In this document: positions 37,121 to 49,747 of the stretch, piece after piece
How the letters are laid out: every line of letters begins with the position of its first letter
Position numbering within the stretch: the stretch's first letter is position 1
Assembly: GCA_030324005.1 (NCBI GenBank)
Contig: JARDVH010000149.1
Location: forward strand, 11,732,910-11,796,909
Source: Negaprion brevirostris
Lineage: Eukaryota
DNA length: 64,000 nt
Reading direction: 5' to 3'
Notes under the pieces: generated by a model
Database searches by the model: none
What the model was told of the DNA's origin: nothing
What the model saw: the letters and a program-made list of their open reading frames with translations, nothing else
Made by a program: the position numbers and the translations under genes

Positions 37121-38649
37121 CTAGAATAAAGTTCAAGTGAAAAACTCAAAATATATATGCATGAGAAAGGAACCTCAATTTAATAAAATCCATCAATAAA
37201 TATCGAAGACGGTACACATGATATTTAACCACAGTTCAAATGATTAAAGTCTGCTCTTTTCTCAGTCCAATATATTTGCAGTAACTGGAAGCTGATAATC
37301 AACGTATGGACAGAGCTCTGGATTCACAGTTTGATGATGATTTTAGATTAACCTGCCCGCTCCACTTCAATGTTCAAAATGCAATTGGTTAAGGTAAAGG
37401 ATTTTGTTTTTGAGTTTGACAGTATACACATACACATGTACATCCAAAAATTATGCACTGGACAAGCAAAGCAATTAGATTCACTCTCTTGCCTCTAACC
37501 AATAGAAGCAATGGAAGACCGTTGAAATTTTCCATTGATGTACACCGAGGAGCATAGAATCACTGCAATAAAAGCATTCCCAAAACACTCAAAGTACATT
37601 CCTAATCGATTGAATATGGGAACACCTATAGTCAACAGCATGTGCTCAAAAGATCTCAACAGCTTGTGAAATACAGAAGGCATCATTATTTATTCCATCT
37701 TTAAGTCGATATTTCAGAAGAGGACGCTGGGACAAAATTCCCTCTCATTGCCCCAATGAGTGTTGACTGTTTTTCTGAACTCAGTATGAAACATTGCAAA
37801 TGCCTTTCGTTGCTCTAATATCTTTAAATACTCTCTTGCACTTTCTACAACTCCTCGAGGACATCCACTGTTTTGAGTCCTCTGAATCTGCCATAGGCCT
37901 CCTTTTCTTTCCTTACCCAATGATGTAAATCTCTTGCCATCCAGGGTCCTCTGGAATTGTTAGTTCTACCCTTTATATGGGAACATGTTGGCACTGTACT
38001 CATTATTTCCTTTTTGAATGACTCTTGTGCCCTGAGGTGGATTTTCTTACAAGTAACTGTTCCCAGTCCACTTTGGCCAGATCCTGTCTTTAAAATCAGC
38101 CTTCCTTGAATTCAGAAACCTTATTTGTGGTCCAGCTTCATCCTTCTCCACAGCTACCTTTTAAATCTTACTAAGTTATAGTCACTATTGCCAAAGTGCT
38201 CTCCTCCCGACACCTCTTAAAAAATCCTGACAATCAATTAACGTGCTGATGCTCTTCTCTGTGGCCAGCTCATAGAATGACTGTTAAAGGCCTCTGAACA
38301 TTTGTCCCAATTCAGGGAAATGCTCTAATGGATTATAAAAAGTGTATAATATGAAGAAAGCCAAATGAAAATGCAAAAAAAAGGAAGTCATTGAAGAGAA
38401 CAAAGTTCACGAGTTTTAACCCTAAATTTAATTTAGCAAATTTTAGCTGCTGATTTGCAGATCACTTCTCTTTTAAAAATAAGATGAGAGAGAAGATGCT
38501 TAAGGAGGATGTTTCAGAGGGTAGGGCTGCTAAATCTTCACTAATTAAAGTTGAATCTCCTGAACTACGTTGTTAACAATCTGGAGAAAAATCATATTGG
38601 CATCAAAAAAAAATCGCTAGCACTTTGTTAGCAATGGAAATATTGGTTT

Positions 38650-39010
38650 AAGGTAAATGGGTAGAAATAGTTGCACATGGAATACAAGATGAAGTACAAC
38701 AAGTTGCCAAGCCATCTTTGATGGCACCATCCAAATTCACGACTCAAAAGGACAAAGGTTGCAAAGCATAGGGACACCATCACCTGAAAGTTCCCCTCCA
38801 AGTTGCACACCAGCCCAAGTTGGAATTATATTGTCTTTCTTTTGCTGTTGTGGGGTCAAAAAAAACTGGAATTTCTTCCAAACAGCATTGGGAGTGTACT
38901 TAAACCACAGGCAACAACTTGACTATTCACCACCACCGTCTCAAGGCAATTGTGTATCAGAAACAAATGCTGGTCTTGCCAGCAATGCTTACATACCACA
39001 AATTAATGAA
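38650..39010 (+). mobile_element. Decayed LINE (CR1/L2 group) 3' end
   Basis: Related to the reverse of 42935-43620 (...caccaccgtctcaaggcaatt...aaatgctggtcttgccagcaatgc). Confidence 0.55.
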
Positions 39011-42000
39011 AAAAAGTTATTTGATCATTGGAGGTGACAGAATGTATAATGAAACCAGAGTTGACAGCTCCATGGGAAGGGTATGTGGATGCAATATGCT
39101 CTTTAGTTGCGATATGCACTAAGTTTCCAAAGTTTAAAATATCGAATTGTGACAGCGGATATAATGTTTGGAAAATGGTTATGCAATTAAAACTGAATAT
39201 ACCAATGTGTACACACAATTATGGGAAGTTCCCTGAATTTTCTCTCAAGCTAATTCTTGATTTCCAGAGCCAACACACAAGTACGTTTCCATCACATCAA
39301 TATCATATTCTGCCATTGTCCATTCAAGCCATTATCTTCCTTGTGATAATGACATAATACACACTATATAAGGATATTGGCCAAAATGTCACAGCAAGTA
39401 CACATTTGTGTAAAATGGAAGTCCTATAAAAGTGCAACTTGTTTACAGGGAGCATTTGTACTGTGGATTGCTCCCCATTACGTAAAGAGCCTGTCACTCT
39501 AGAAATGCAGGCCCAAGAAGAACCAATTCGAAAATTTGCCTTTTTGTTACGATTACCAGCATTAAGGGGTACAAAAGCAGCTCATCCTTCAAATTTGGAG
39601 TCTACATTTTGCAATAAAGCCTATAGAAACTGCAAAGTGTAAAAAGGTAGTACTTCTCTCTTAAAACTGGAAGAAATGTATCTTGCGCACTTTACCAATA
39701 CCATTCTAAAACTGACTGAAGAAAGAACAGGAACTTACACTCCTCTGCTCTTATACAAGACACATCTCTATGGTTATTACATGCAGCTACTAGGCACCAA
39801 TTCTTCAGGGGTTTTTTTGGTTACTCTTCAAGGACATGTGGCAATTGGATGGAGTTTGATATCCTCCTGACATTCTACGCCTAAAATTGCAATCATCAAA
39901 ACATTCTCTAGATTTTATATTTTGTTTACTACAATCATGATCACTTGCAGCAGGTTTCTTTGGGGCTGCTCTCTTGAATCTACTAGTTTCCTGCTCTAGT
40001 GTCAGCCTACAATTTATCAGAACTGCTAAACTGAGCATATTCCACAGCAATTTGCAATACATTNNNNNNNNNNNNNNNNNNNNNNNNNNNNNNNNNNNNN
40101 NNNNNNNNNNNNNNNNNNNNNNNNNNNNNNNNNNNNNNNNNNNNNNNNNNNNNNNNNNNNNNNNNNNNNNNNNNNNNNNNNNNNNNNNNNNNNNNNNNNN
40201 NNNNNNNNNNNNNNNNNNNNNNNNNNNNNNNNNNNCTGAGGTGATTTATGAAATAATACAAAACATCTGTAACATGATAATTAGAACAATCACAATATTT
40301 AGAACAAACTAGGAAAAGGGACGTCAAATCACTAAAACATAAATGCATGAAGAATTTACGCAATAATGTATTGACAATAAAAGGGGTTTAAAATTATTAA
40401 TTCCTTGGCTGGTTTGAACCTAGCACAAAAAAACACATTCACCAAGAGGTCAGTGCGGTCAATGCCCACAGAACGAGAGAACTTGACAGACTAAGCAACG
40501 AGCAGACAGAAGCATGAGACTAATGACAGAAGTGGTAAACAGAAGATTTATATGAAGTTAATAGGTAGTAAATGGATGAGGAGAACAGAGCAGCAGAAGT
40601 AGCCAAAAATTAAAATTAATGTGATTAACCAACAACTGCTCTATATTTTTCAGAGATCCTTTAATTTAAACAATATCTTCCCAGCCCTCAAAGCCTGTGC
40701 CCTGCAAAGAACTTTCTTGGGTCCAAGTTCTCAGTCATATGAAATTAAAGTTTTGGATGTGAGATCAAAACACATTCAAAATGACTAATGCAAAGTTAAT
40801 CTTTACTCGTCATACATAGTACTCAAGAAAATTTTAAAAATCAACATGTTCTTGCTTTCCTTGGCATTACCATGTCAGCAAGAAATAATGCTAGAATCAG
40901 ACTCAAGTACCCAAGAATGGATGAGTATTTATAAATATAGCGCATGTGAAAATAACTAGCATACAACAATAGGAGGCTGAAGATTTGTAATAGAATGTGG
41001 GTTAAAAGGTGGGAAACAGCGAAGATAAGGCTAAACAGATAAATTCGATGTGAAAAACTGAATTTTTTTTTACATTTCATTCCCTCTCATGAATAGTATA
41101 ATTACAGACATCAAAAATACACAGCCCTTCCCTCATGTCTAGAAACTCTGAAGTGTCCTAAGATGGCCCACTGCAAATTTTATTGCTCAATTTGTAAGCT
41201 GATGGCTAGAATTTTACATCAAAAGTTAAACGGCCATGGTAGCATCCTCAACCACACTAATGATAATCAAATTCTGCGCACAGTATTTCAACAGAAATTC
41301 AGAAACTAAAAATTCAAACTTGACATCTAATTCAAGGTGATCAATAACACTGCAATCTTTTTTTATTTCACTGTAGGAACATTGCAACACATTGCCAATT
41401 TCTTTACATCTGCACATTATGCCAAATCTGCTCACACATTGAATTATTTCCCAATACCAACACACCACAACTGACCCCACCCCTCCAGAATCACACCTCC
41501 TCCTACAGTCAGTAAAGCAATTCATGGTCGACTGGGTCCTGCTCATATCTGCATCTGTTCTGAACATTAAGATAATGCTCTGAAGCTGAAGCAACAATTG
41601 GCTACAATCAGTACAATTTTTGAGATACTGTTCTATTACCTTTACTGTAAATCCCACAAAAATAAATCCACACTAAAATGCCTTTTATCTTCTTTCTTTG
41701 AGGCAGAAAGGGGAGTGAATGTAAGAGGCTTCCTGTGGTTAGTGAAAAACTTTGTTTGCTGCGTATATACAAAAGCTTACAGCAGATGTCATGCTTTATT
41801 CCAAGTGTACCACTCCACTTTTGAAAATAGCTGAGAATTGGTTGAAGGCCACAAATGAATGAAGAATGAACAAATTTATTGCATGTTTAAAGCACCATCC
41901 AATATAACCAAGACTAACCTTTCAATCATTAGTTTTCATTTTAAAAAACAAAAAATAACAAATGAATCCTGCAACTCATTAAATCAATTTTGTTTATTTG

Positions 42001-42934
42001 TTTTGAAGTGAACTAGAGACCGATGTTAAACATCAACATTTAGCCAAATAAAACAAATGCTTTAGATGACATATATTGAGTCCTTGATGAAAAGAGTGGC
42101 ATCAAACACATTTCCTCATAGAATCACTTGTGGAAATATTGTGATAAAGCAATGAACATCTTTTATCACAACCTATTGTTTGTGTCAGTTAAAGTGACAA
42201 CCTTTTCAACACCTTCATAAGCAACCAGTACTATATTATGTCCAAGATGTGGTAAATATCAAACATGTGGGAATATCAAGTAGTTTGTGTGCTAACTGCG
42301 ACCATAAAGAATAGAGGCATGAACTCCTCATATTGCTTTGCTCGCGCTTCACATAAAATCTATCTAAACAAACTTTCCGTGGCACTGTGAAAATATCAGT
42401 ATCTACACCACACGTGGTATACAAATAATTTATGCAACTCTGCAACGGTTGGTCCATTAAGTGCAATATTTGGAACTCTGATTAAATTTATATGACTGAT
42501 GACCTATTTAGGCTTCAACTCTCTACACAGGCATTTTCTTATCCAATTCAGAGCAGTGGCTCTCATACTGAAAGCAGATACAGACGGGCATTACTTTTGT
42601 CTATTCTTGGGCAATTTGTGGTAGACCACTCAAAAAGCCTGAGAAATGAAAGAGAAATTGCTGGAAATGCACAGACTACTCAGTATCCTTGAAGAGAAAG
42701 GGCAGGTTATGATGTTCCCAGTGATTGTAATTCACCTATTCTACTGACAGCTGTTTGATGAAACCTAAGCCTATCCTAACAACGCTAGTATTAAATTGCC
42801 ACAGCAAACATTTGATGCCTGGTTTGCAAGATTGCTGAGTTGAATAAGTTTCATTGGTGACTAGGTTATTTAAGAGGATTCTACTGTATTTCCATTTATT
42901 TTTATTATATTTAATCTGATATAAACACACTTTT

Positions 42935-43620
42935 TTGTTATTTGTTTATGGGACGTCAGAGTCGCAGGCTAGGCCAGCATTTATTGCCCCTTCTCAATTG
43001 CCCTCAAGACGGTGGTAGTGAGCAGCCTTCTTGAAGTACTGTAGGAATACGCACAGAGTTCTTTTGAAGGGTGTTTCAGGATTTTGACCCAGCAACAGTG
43101 AAGGAAAGATAAAGTTCAAAATCAGAGTGCTACGTGACTTATAACAGAACTTGTAGTGGTGGTGCTCCCATTCCTCTGTTGCCCTTGATCATGGGTTTGG
43201 AAGGTGCTGTTGAAGGACCCTTGGTGCACTGCTGCATGTATCTTGTAGTGGTATATACTGCTACCACAGTGTGTTGGAGGAGTAAATGTTTAGTGCAGCA
43301 GGTGGGATGTTGATCAGCAAGTTGCTTTGTTCTGGATAGCATTGAGCTTCTTCAGTGATATTGCAGCTGTAATCATCCAGGCAAGTGGAAAGTATTCCAT
43401 CATACTCCTGCCTTGTGACTTGTAGATGATGGACAGGTTTTGGGGAATCAGTTAGCAAGTTACTCTCTGCAGAATTCACAGCCTCTAACCTGTTCTTTAA
43501 CCACAGTATTTTATATGGCTGGTCCTGTTCAGTTTCTAGTCAATGGTAACTCCAGTGATGGCAATATCATTGAATATCATCAGGAGATGGTTAGATTCTC
43601 TCTTGTTGAAGATGGTCAGT
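42935..43620 (-). mobile_element. LINE (CR1/L2 group) RT C-terminus and 3' UTR
   Basis: Minus strand translates IYKSQGRSMMEYFPLAWMITAAISLKKLNAIQNKA, followed by the family 3' tail. Confidence 0.7.
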
Positions 43621-44842
43621 GTACTGGGAAATGCACACACCCATGACACACAAAATCAATTATCCAAGCAGAGAATGCAAATATCTCACTTCAATTTGTT
43701 CCAATGACATGGAATCTTTGATACAAAGATTACTTTGCCAAATTGGTCATGGCTTATTGCTTCATTAGTTCCGTGCCCACAGTTCCAGGGAAAGAGAGAC
43801 AAGATGCTCATTGAGGAATCCACGGTGGATGTTAGAGAAAAGAGAACGACCATTACACCCAATTCTCTATTTGAGATCCTAGCTACTTGAGAGCACCAGG
43901 TTGTAGACCCATTTGCAGCTAACTCTGTAGAAAATCCAGTGGCTTTGCAACAAAACCAAACTTGACAACAGTAGTGCTTGGCCTATAACACACGACAGAA
44001 ATGTCCAATGTTTTTACTAGTTAAGGGGCCTGTGTGTCCCTTTCTGGGATTCTTCATCAAGCTATGCCTAAACTATGTGCTTTTCATAATCTTAAATCTG
44101 AGATCATTAAGACATTTGCTAGCCAAGGACATCAAAGAGTATGGAACCAAGATGAGTAAATAGTTAGCCATGGTTTGAATGGCCTAAGTCCTAATATTTC
44201 ATATGGCTCGATGTCAAATTTTATCTAATGATGTTCATATGAAGCATATGGCGTGGGAAGTTTTGCTAGCCCAAGACAGGAGGTGAGAGCCCTGTCTTAT
44301 CAGCTTGGATTGGGAATGTCTCAACTTGTTGAGACTCCGAATTGGACTTGATTTGATTGAATTTGAATAAAACCAAAACAAAAGGCACGTTAAGTAGTTA
44401 CTTTGTTGCAGCTAAATGACTGATCTTGAAATTCTTAATACATATCAGCTTCCAAAATCTTAACAGTTCATATGAAAAATTTTGGTGCAGTGCCCTTTGA
44501 ACAAGTCAAATGTTATGGTCTAAAGAATCAAAGCAGCTGAAAGACTTCAAGAATGTTTCACACACTATGCCATATAGTGCCACAGTAGACTTCAGGCAAC
44601 TGGGAAATGACAGTTGTGAAAATTGTGGGATTTATTGTTTTTACTTAAATACAGGAATACTAACATTTAACCTAGCAACAAGATGATGAGGTTTCTACCT
44701 CACAGGAATTGAGGGATCAGTCCCTTTGCTGACGAATATTGCTCAGCTGGCAGTTTAACATGAAATGGAATGGAAAAAAAAACAAATTAGTCCACAACCC
44801 ATGCATCAGTCTAAACACATGCTATGCTAAAGGATACATTAC

Positions 44843-44951
44843 CTCCTGTTTGAGTGTTAACTTAGCCACAATCTCGTCATGGTCTATGAGTGATAATTCA
44901 TCTATTGCATCATTTAGCTCCAAATCTGGTGAATTTGGTGTCTCCCCGGGC
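44843..44951 (-). CDS. RAPGEF1: RAPGEF1 exon preceding the REM domain
   Basis: AG/GTAATG sites, 109 nt. PGETPNSPDLELNDAIDELSLIDHDEIVAKLTLKQE (human: ...DELSLIDHNEIMSRLTLKQE). Confidence 0.93.
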
Positions 44952-46145
44952 CTGGAAAAGAGAGAGTCCGTACAGAAAGGATCAATGGATATATTAGTCA
45001 GAGTTCATGCAACATGAAAATAAGTGAAGAAACAGAATACACAAATATAAATATAACACACAAAGTGAGAAAACTCTTGAGGAGAATTGAGCTTTGAATG
45101 CAGTTGATTTTCTTGGTATATGCCTGGCTCAAGTAACAGCAGCAAGCTAAAGGCTTTGGCTTAAGTGGGTGAAAACCAATCAGCTGAATGCTGCACAGGG
45201 GTAAATGTACTACTCTAGGTTTCTAAGTTTAAAATTGCCACAAAGGAAAAGTGGGACAACAGTATGGTTTCATTCCAATTTTCCACCACTATTTCCTGAA
45301 TGCCATCCCATTTACCAACCTTCAGATTCATAATTTCCTACCCAGTTTAATTCTAATGCATTCACTCCCCTCAGACCATCAACTCTTTTTTGGGATCCAT
45401 CTTCATTATACTTCTCTTGGAAGCCTTCCTTCCTTCCAACCTGTGCAGCCACGGCAAGTGGTATAGGCGTTGCCTCCTGTTCATGTGATCATCTACTGCA
45501 TATTCAAAACATTCACTGCAGTCTCCTTCTTTGTGTTACCTCTCAACAGTAACATCCACAAATCATCTCCATTTGATGGTGCTCAGTTATACCTCAGTAC
45601 TTCTGACTATCTGTCTGACATTTAGATGTGGTTGCACCAGAATCACAATGGAACATTAGGGAGATTGGCCTCAGTTGGATACCACCAAAACTTATTTCTT
45701 TGTTGTTCAGACCCTGACTGTGCCTTCAGGTTGCACCAGACATTATGTAATAAATAATGTTTCATCTGGAGCTAAAATACAAAAGGGCATGAACAAGACA
45801 GCTTACTTAACTTTTGCCTTTTATCCCTGCCTTATTCCTACTGAAATCTTAATCTGTGCTGTTGCCACCTCCTCCGTTTTTACATCAATCATCAGGTGCC
45901 TAAATCCCACTCTCCAGAACCCCCTTTATAAATCACTCCATCCCATTTTTCTCTTCCAAGCACCAGTTTCTCAATCTCCAGGAATTCTAACTGGAGCAAA
46001 ATTACCTTCGGTATCTCCTTGTTCTGTATTGTCTTACTTAATTAACACTCCAAATCCATGCCTACTTAAATGATCTGTACATTCCTCCCATATATTAATT
46101 TTAAATCTTCATCTATAAATCCATGATCTTGCCCACCTCTTAGAC

Positions 46146-46411
46146 GGTTCAATTCCCACTTGGGTCACTGCCAGTGCGGAGTCTGCACATTCTCCCCNNN
46201 NNNNNNNCCCACACTAGCGTGGGTTTGCTCCAGGTGCTCTGGTTTCCTCCCACAGTCCAAAAGACGTGCTGGTTAGGTGCACCGGCCATGCTAAATTCTC
46301 TCTCAGTGTACCCACACAGGTGCCAGAGTGTGGTGGCTAGAGGACTTTCACAGTAACTTCATTGCAATGTTAATGTAAGTCTACTTGTGACAATAATAAA
46401 TAAACTTTAAA
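46146..46411 (+). mobile_element. V-SINE, short-tail subfamily, 5'-truncated
   Basis: Starts at B-box ggttcaattcc; tail gtctacttgtgacaataataaataaac. Confidence 0.85.
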
Positions 46412-46946
46412 ACCATCTGGCCCGTTGTTTCCTCTAACCATGACCTCCTGAGCCTGTGTAGAACTTTCAGGTATCTAAATCCCATCTCCAGAGCTCCTTT
46501 GGTAAATCATTCCAACCTATTTCTTTCTTCCTACCTTTAAACATCTTCTCAAAATCTACTGATTTAACCAGTTTTTCTCTTAAGTCCCAATTTTATATAA
46601 ACAGTCACAAATAATCCAGTCAACATCAACTGGCAATCCTAAAAACAAATGTGAGGCTAATAGTCTGAAATATTATAATCACTGTAGGAAATATATAAAG
46701 ATCTTGCAGCTTTTGGATTATGACGCAGGTTCCAAATTGAATGGAAGCATATTTCATTCATATAAAAAGTAAGCAAAAATCTTTACATATACCAATTTCA
46801 ATGTTACGAAAAAATGGTTTGTATATGTCCTACTGTTAAATAACAGCATACAGTCAAATTTGAGTAACTATAACCCAGAATAAATTTGGCTCAAAGTTTT
46901 ACTTTGACTAGGAAAAAGGGGTGTAAGATTAGGTGTACAATCCCAC

Positions 46947-47035
46947 CTGTCATCTTTGCCTTGATTTTCTTTTTCGTTTGTTGATTTCAGAGAGTTATGA
47001 TGGATCTCTTGTTCATTCAGAGACCCAACAAGCTC
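46947..47035 (-). CDS. RAPGEF1: RAPGEF1 low-conservation linker exon
   Basis: Strong tttgtttccctccAG acceptor and GTGGGA donor, 89 nt. Phase 0 to phase 2, exactly bridging the neighbouring exons. ELVGSLNEQEIHHNSLKSTNEKENQGKDD(R). Confidence 0.82.
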
Positions 47036-47266
47036 CTGGAGGGAAACAAACTACGTTAAGCAAGATTATAAAATTGCACACCAGGAATTCAACTTGACTA
47101 ACAAACAAGCGTACGTTTGATTGAATTGACTACAGAGTCCCATTTTAGCCATTATCAAGCATTATCTACCAACCATGATAATATTGTCCAAACAACTTAT
47201 TAAAAGAGGCCCAGTACCATTGTACTACAGTAATCTAAACCAAACTTTAAAGATGGAATCACTTAC

Positions 47267-47290
47267 AGTGTCAGCACACTTCGGTATTTC
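47267..47290 (-). CDS. RAPGEF1: Candidate 24-nt cassette microexon (EIPKCADT)
   Basis: tttttattctttctttctggccattcAG acceptor and GTAAGT donor. Symmetric phase 0, no stop. No transcript evidence. Confidence 0.5.
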
Positions 47291-47396
47291 CTGAATGGCC
47301 AGAAAGAAAGAATAAAAATGATCGATGACTATCTAACACCGAGTCTTTCCTTCCCAGGAAGTATGAATCTTAAGTATTTAATATCAGTTGACTTAC

Positions 47397-47450
47397 TGTA
47401 TGGTATCCAAAAAATGATGTTCTGCGGGTATCCAATAATGCATATGCAAA
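47397..47450 (-). CDS. RAPGEF1: Candidate 54-nt cassette exon (FAYALLDTRRTSFFGYHT)
   Basis: atttctctAG acceptor and GTAAGT donor. Symmetric phase 0, open frame. No transcript evidence. Confidence 0.35.
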
Positions 47451-48711
47451 CTAGAGAAATTTACAGAACCACAGAACTCTGATCTGAGTGTACACAAAAT
47501 AATAAACTGAGATTTTGTTATAGTAACCGTCAAGATTCTCTTGCAACAAATAGGATTACCACTAAATAATCAACATGTTTTAAATCTGCATGAATTTGCT
47601 AAACTGACTATTCCATGGCTCTACAATTTAAAAAAATCTGAAATATGCAGAAAATCACTTTTGGAAAATATTACAGTCAGCACTGATAAATATTTTGAGT
47701 GATAAAAGATTTTAGTACCCAAAATAGTTTTAAAAAGTTAGTGTAGGAGTTGTTTCTCTTCCCCCCCACCCCGCCAACCTCCCTCCCAATTGCTGGGCAT
47801 TAAAAAATAATTATAAATAGGCAACTCATTAACATAGAGGATAACACACTCACTTTAAGTCAGCATACTTTGTGTCTAGTGTTGCCAGAACTGTGGCCAA
47901 TTCTCCAAACTGAGATTGGTGCTGTATTCTCAAACCATAAAGTGAGTATTTTATCCATTATTTCAGCAGTGTGGTCAGTTAGGACAAATTATATTCTCAT
48001 AAAGCAGAATTTAAATGGATTAGTTTACCATAAGAGCTTTCATAGTTAGAAGACCTAAATCAATCCATATTACCCCAAATTAAATGGGTTATTGCTTAGC
48101 CTCCAATCTGTACAAGTATTAATGGATATCATTATGGTTATTGTGCACAACAGGGAAGAAACAATGATGTACATAAGAGCAATTGGTGGTTATACTTACA
48201 TGTACATAAGAAAAATCTTTATAACTATTTACGTGATGTAACTCATCAGTAATTAGTTACGCACTTACTATTCTTGAAAGCCCCATATTTCAATATGTTT
48301 TCATGCAGAAAGGCTGGAGTAGAGAGCCAATCAATCAAATTCCATTACTGTAGCCATGACAGAAAGCAGTCCAATGGCAGTAGCCATTCTCCATGCAAGC
48401 AGTTATTATACGTAGCAATATGCGGCATGTTAAAGGCGCATGTTTTATAAGAAGTTATGCCGCCAAGACAAACAACCAGAGACTTCTCAATTATANNNNN
48501 NNNNNNNNNNTTCTCTGCATTGAAACATTATTCATTCCCTGCTGTAAACTTTAAGTCAAACAACATGATTAATGACTTTCCTGTAGAGACACTTTGGGTG
48601 CCAACATTGAATTGCCTATTTGTTCTTCCAACTCATTGGACATGCACTGCAGATGAAGGAATAGACAGAGTACTGCCACTCTTCATTTGTGTACACCTCA
48701 AATTCAAAATT

Positions 48712-49034
48712 GGACGCAACACAGCACAGTGGTTAGCACTGCTGCCACATAGCACGAGAGACCCGGTTCAATTACAGACTTGGATGACTGTGTGTGGAGT
48801 GTACACACTCTCCCCGTCTGCGTAGGTCTTCTCCCACAGTTCGAAGATGTACAGGTTAGGTGGATTGGCCATGTTGAATTTGCCCTTAGTGGCCCAAGAT
48901 GTATAGGCTTCAGGGGATTAGCAGGGTAAATACATGTGGTTATGGGACACAGCTTGTGTAAGATGCTTGGTTGAAAGAATCAAGACAGATTCAGTGGGTT
49001 GAATGGCCTGCTTCTGCACTGTAGGGATCCTATG
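48712..49034 (+). mobile_element. HE1-like V-SINE, CR1-type tail
   Basis: cacagtggttagcactgctgcc head; ctgcactgtagggatcctatga tail. Confidence 0.85.
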
Positions 49035-49546
49035 AACAACGTCTGTATAAATTGCCACTGTATGCCCAATGAATTGTTTGTTGGACCTGGAAGTGTAAAG
49101 TTAGGTGAAACTACAAGGCCCTAGCTGTGATGGAGGATAAGGTGTTCCAAGTCCAGTTGTACAATGCATGTGTTGCAGCAATGCTTTAGATTTTGCGAAC
49201 GATTGCAAGGTAAAGCAGTGCATCATAGGTACAAGTAACCTTAAAGAAAGGGAATTGTGCTAGATTGTTCACATAAGTTTACCTGTCAACTAGAAACTGG
49301 TCCATGTTTTGCTTCAATGCCAGCTATTTATGGTAGAAATAAGCAATTATATCTTAATTTAAACTAAATTGGCAAAAAAGCAATTCTTCATGACCAAGGT
49401 GAGATCTCAAACCTTCCAAGTACATTGAACTTACCAGACAACTTTGTAATGTGATACCCTACTATCTAAACAGGGCAAAAACAAAAAAGGATACTGGGTG
49501 TATAGTCGTGGTGTTAATTTATTAATGATGAGTTGCATAGCACAAT

Positions 49547-49580
49547 GATATGAGTTGCACAAAGATATGAGTTGCACAAA
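49547..49580. repeat. 17-bp tandem duplication
   Basis: gatatgagttgcacaaa occurs twice, with a partial third copy near 49528. Confidence 0.85.
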
Positions 49581-49654
49581 ATAAAGACCATTCCCAGCAT
49601 GCTTTCCTCCACAGCCAAGCAGCAATTACTCAACATGCTTATGAAGCTACTTAC

Positions 49655-49747
49655 TGCTTCTGGGTGAGAGAGGTCTCCATTGGTTTGGTTGGACGAATAC
49701 AGATTGACGTATTCACCCTCACCAGCATCCTCACTATTGCTTTCGCT
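49655..49747 (-). CDS. RAPGEF1: RAPGEF1 cassette exon (EYVNLY)
   Basis: AG/GTAAGT sites, 93 nt, phase 0/0. SESNSEDAGEGEYVNLYSSNQTNGDLSHPEA resembles the recalled mammalian long-isoform EEAGEGEYVNLYSS. Confidence 0.9.
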
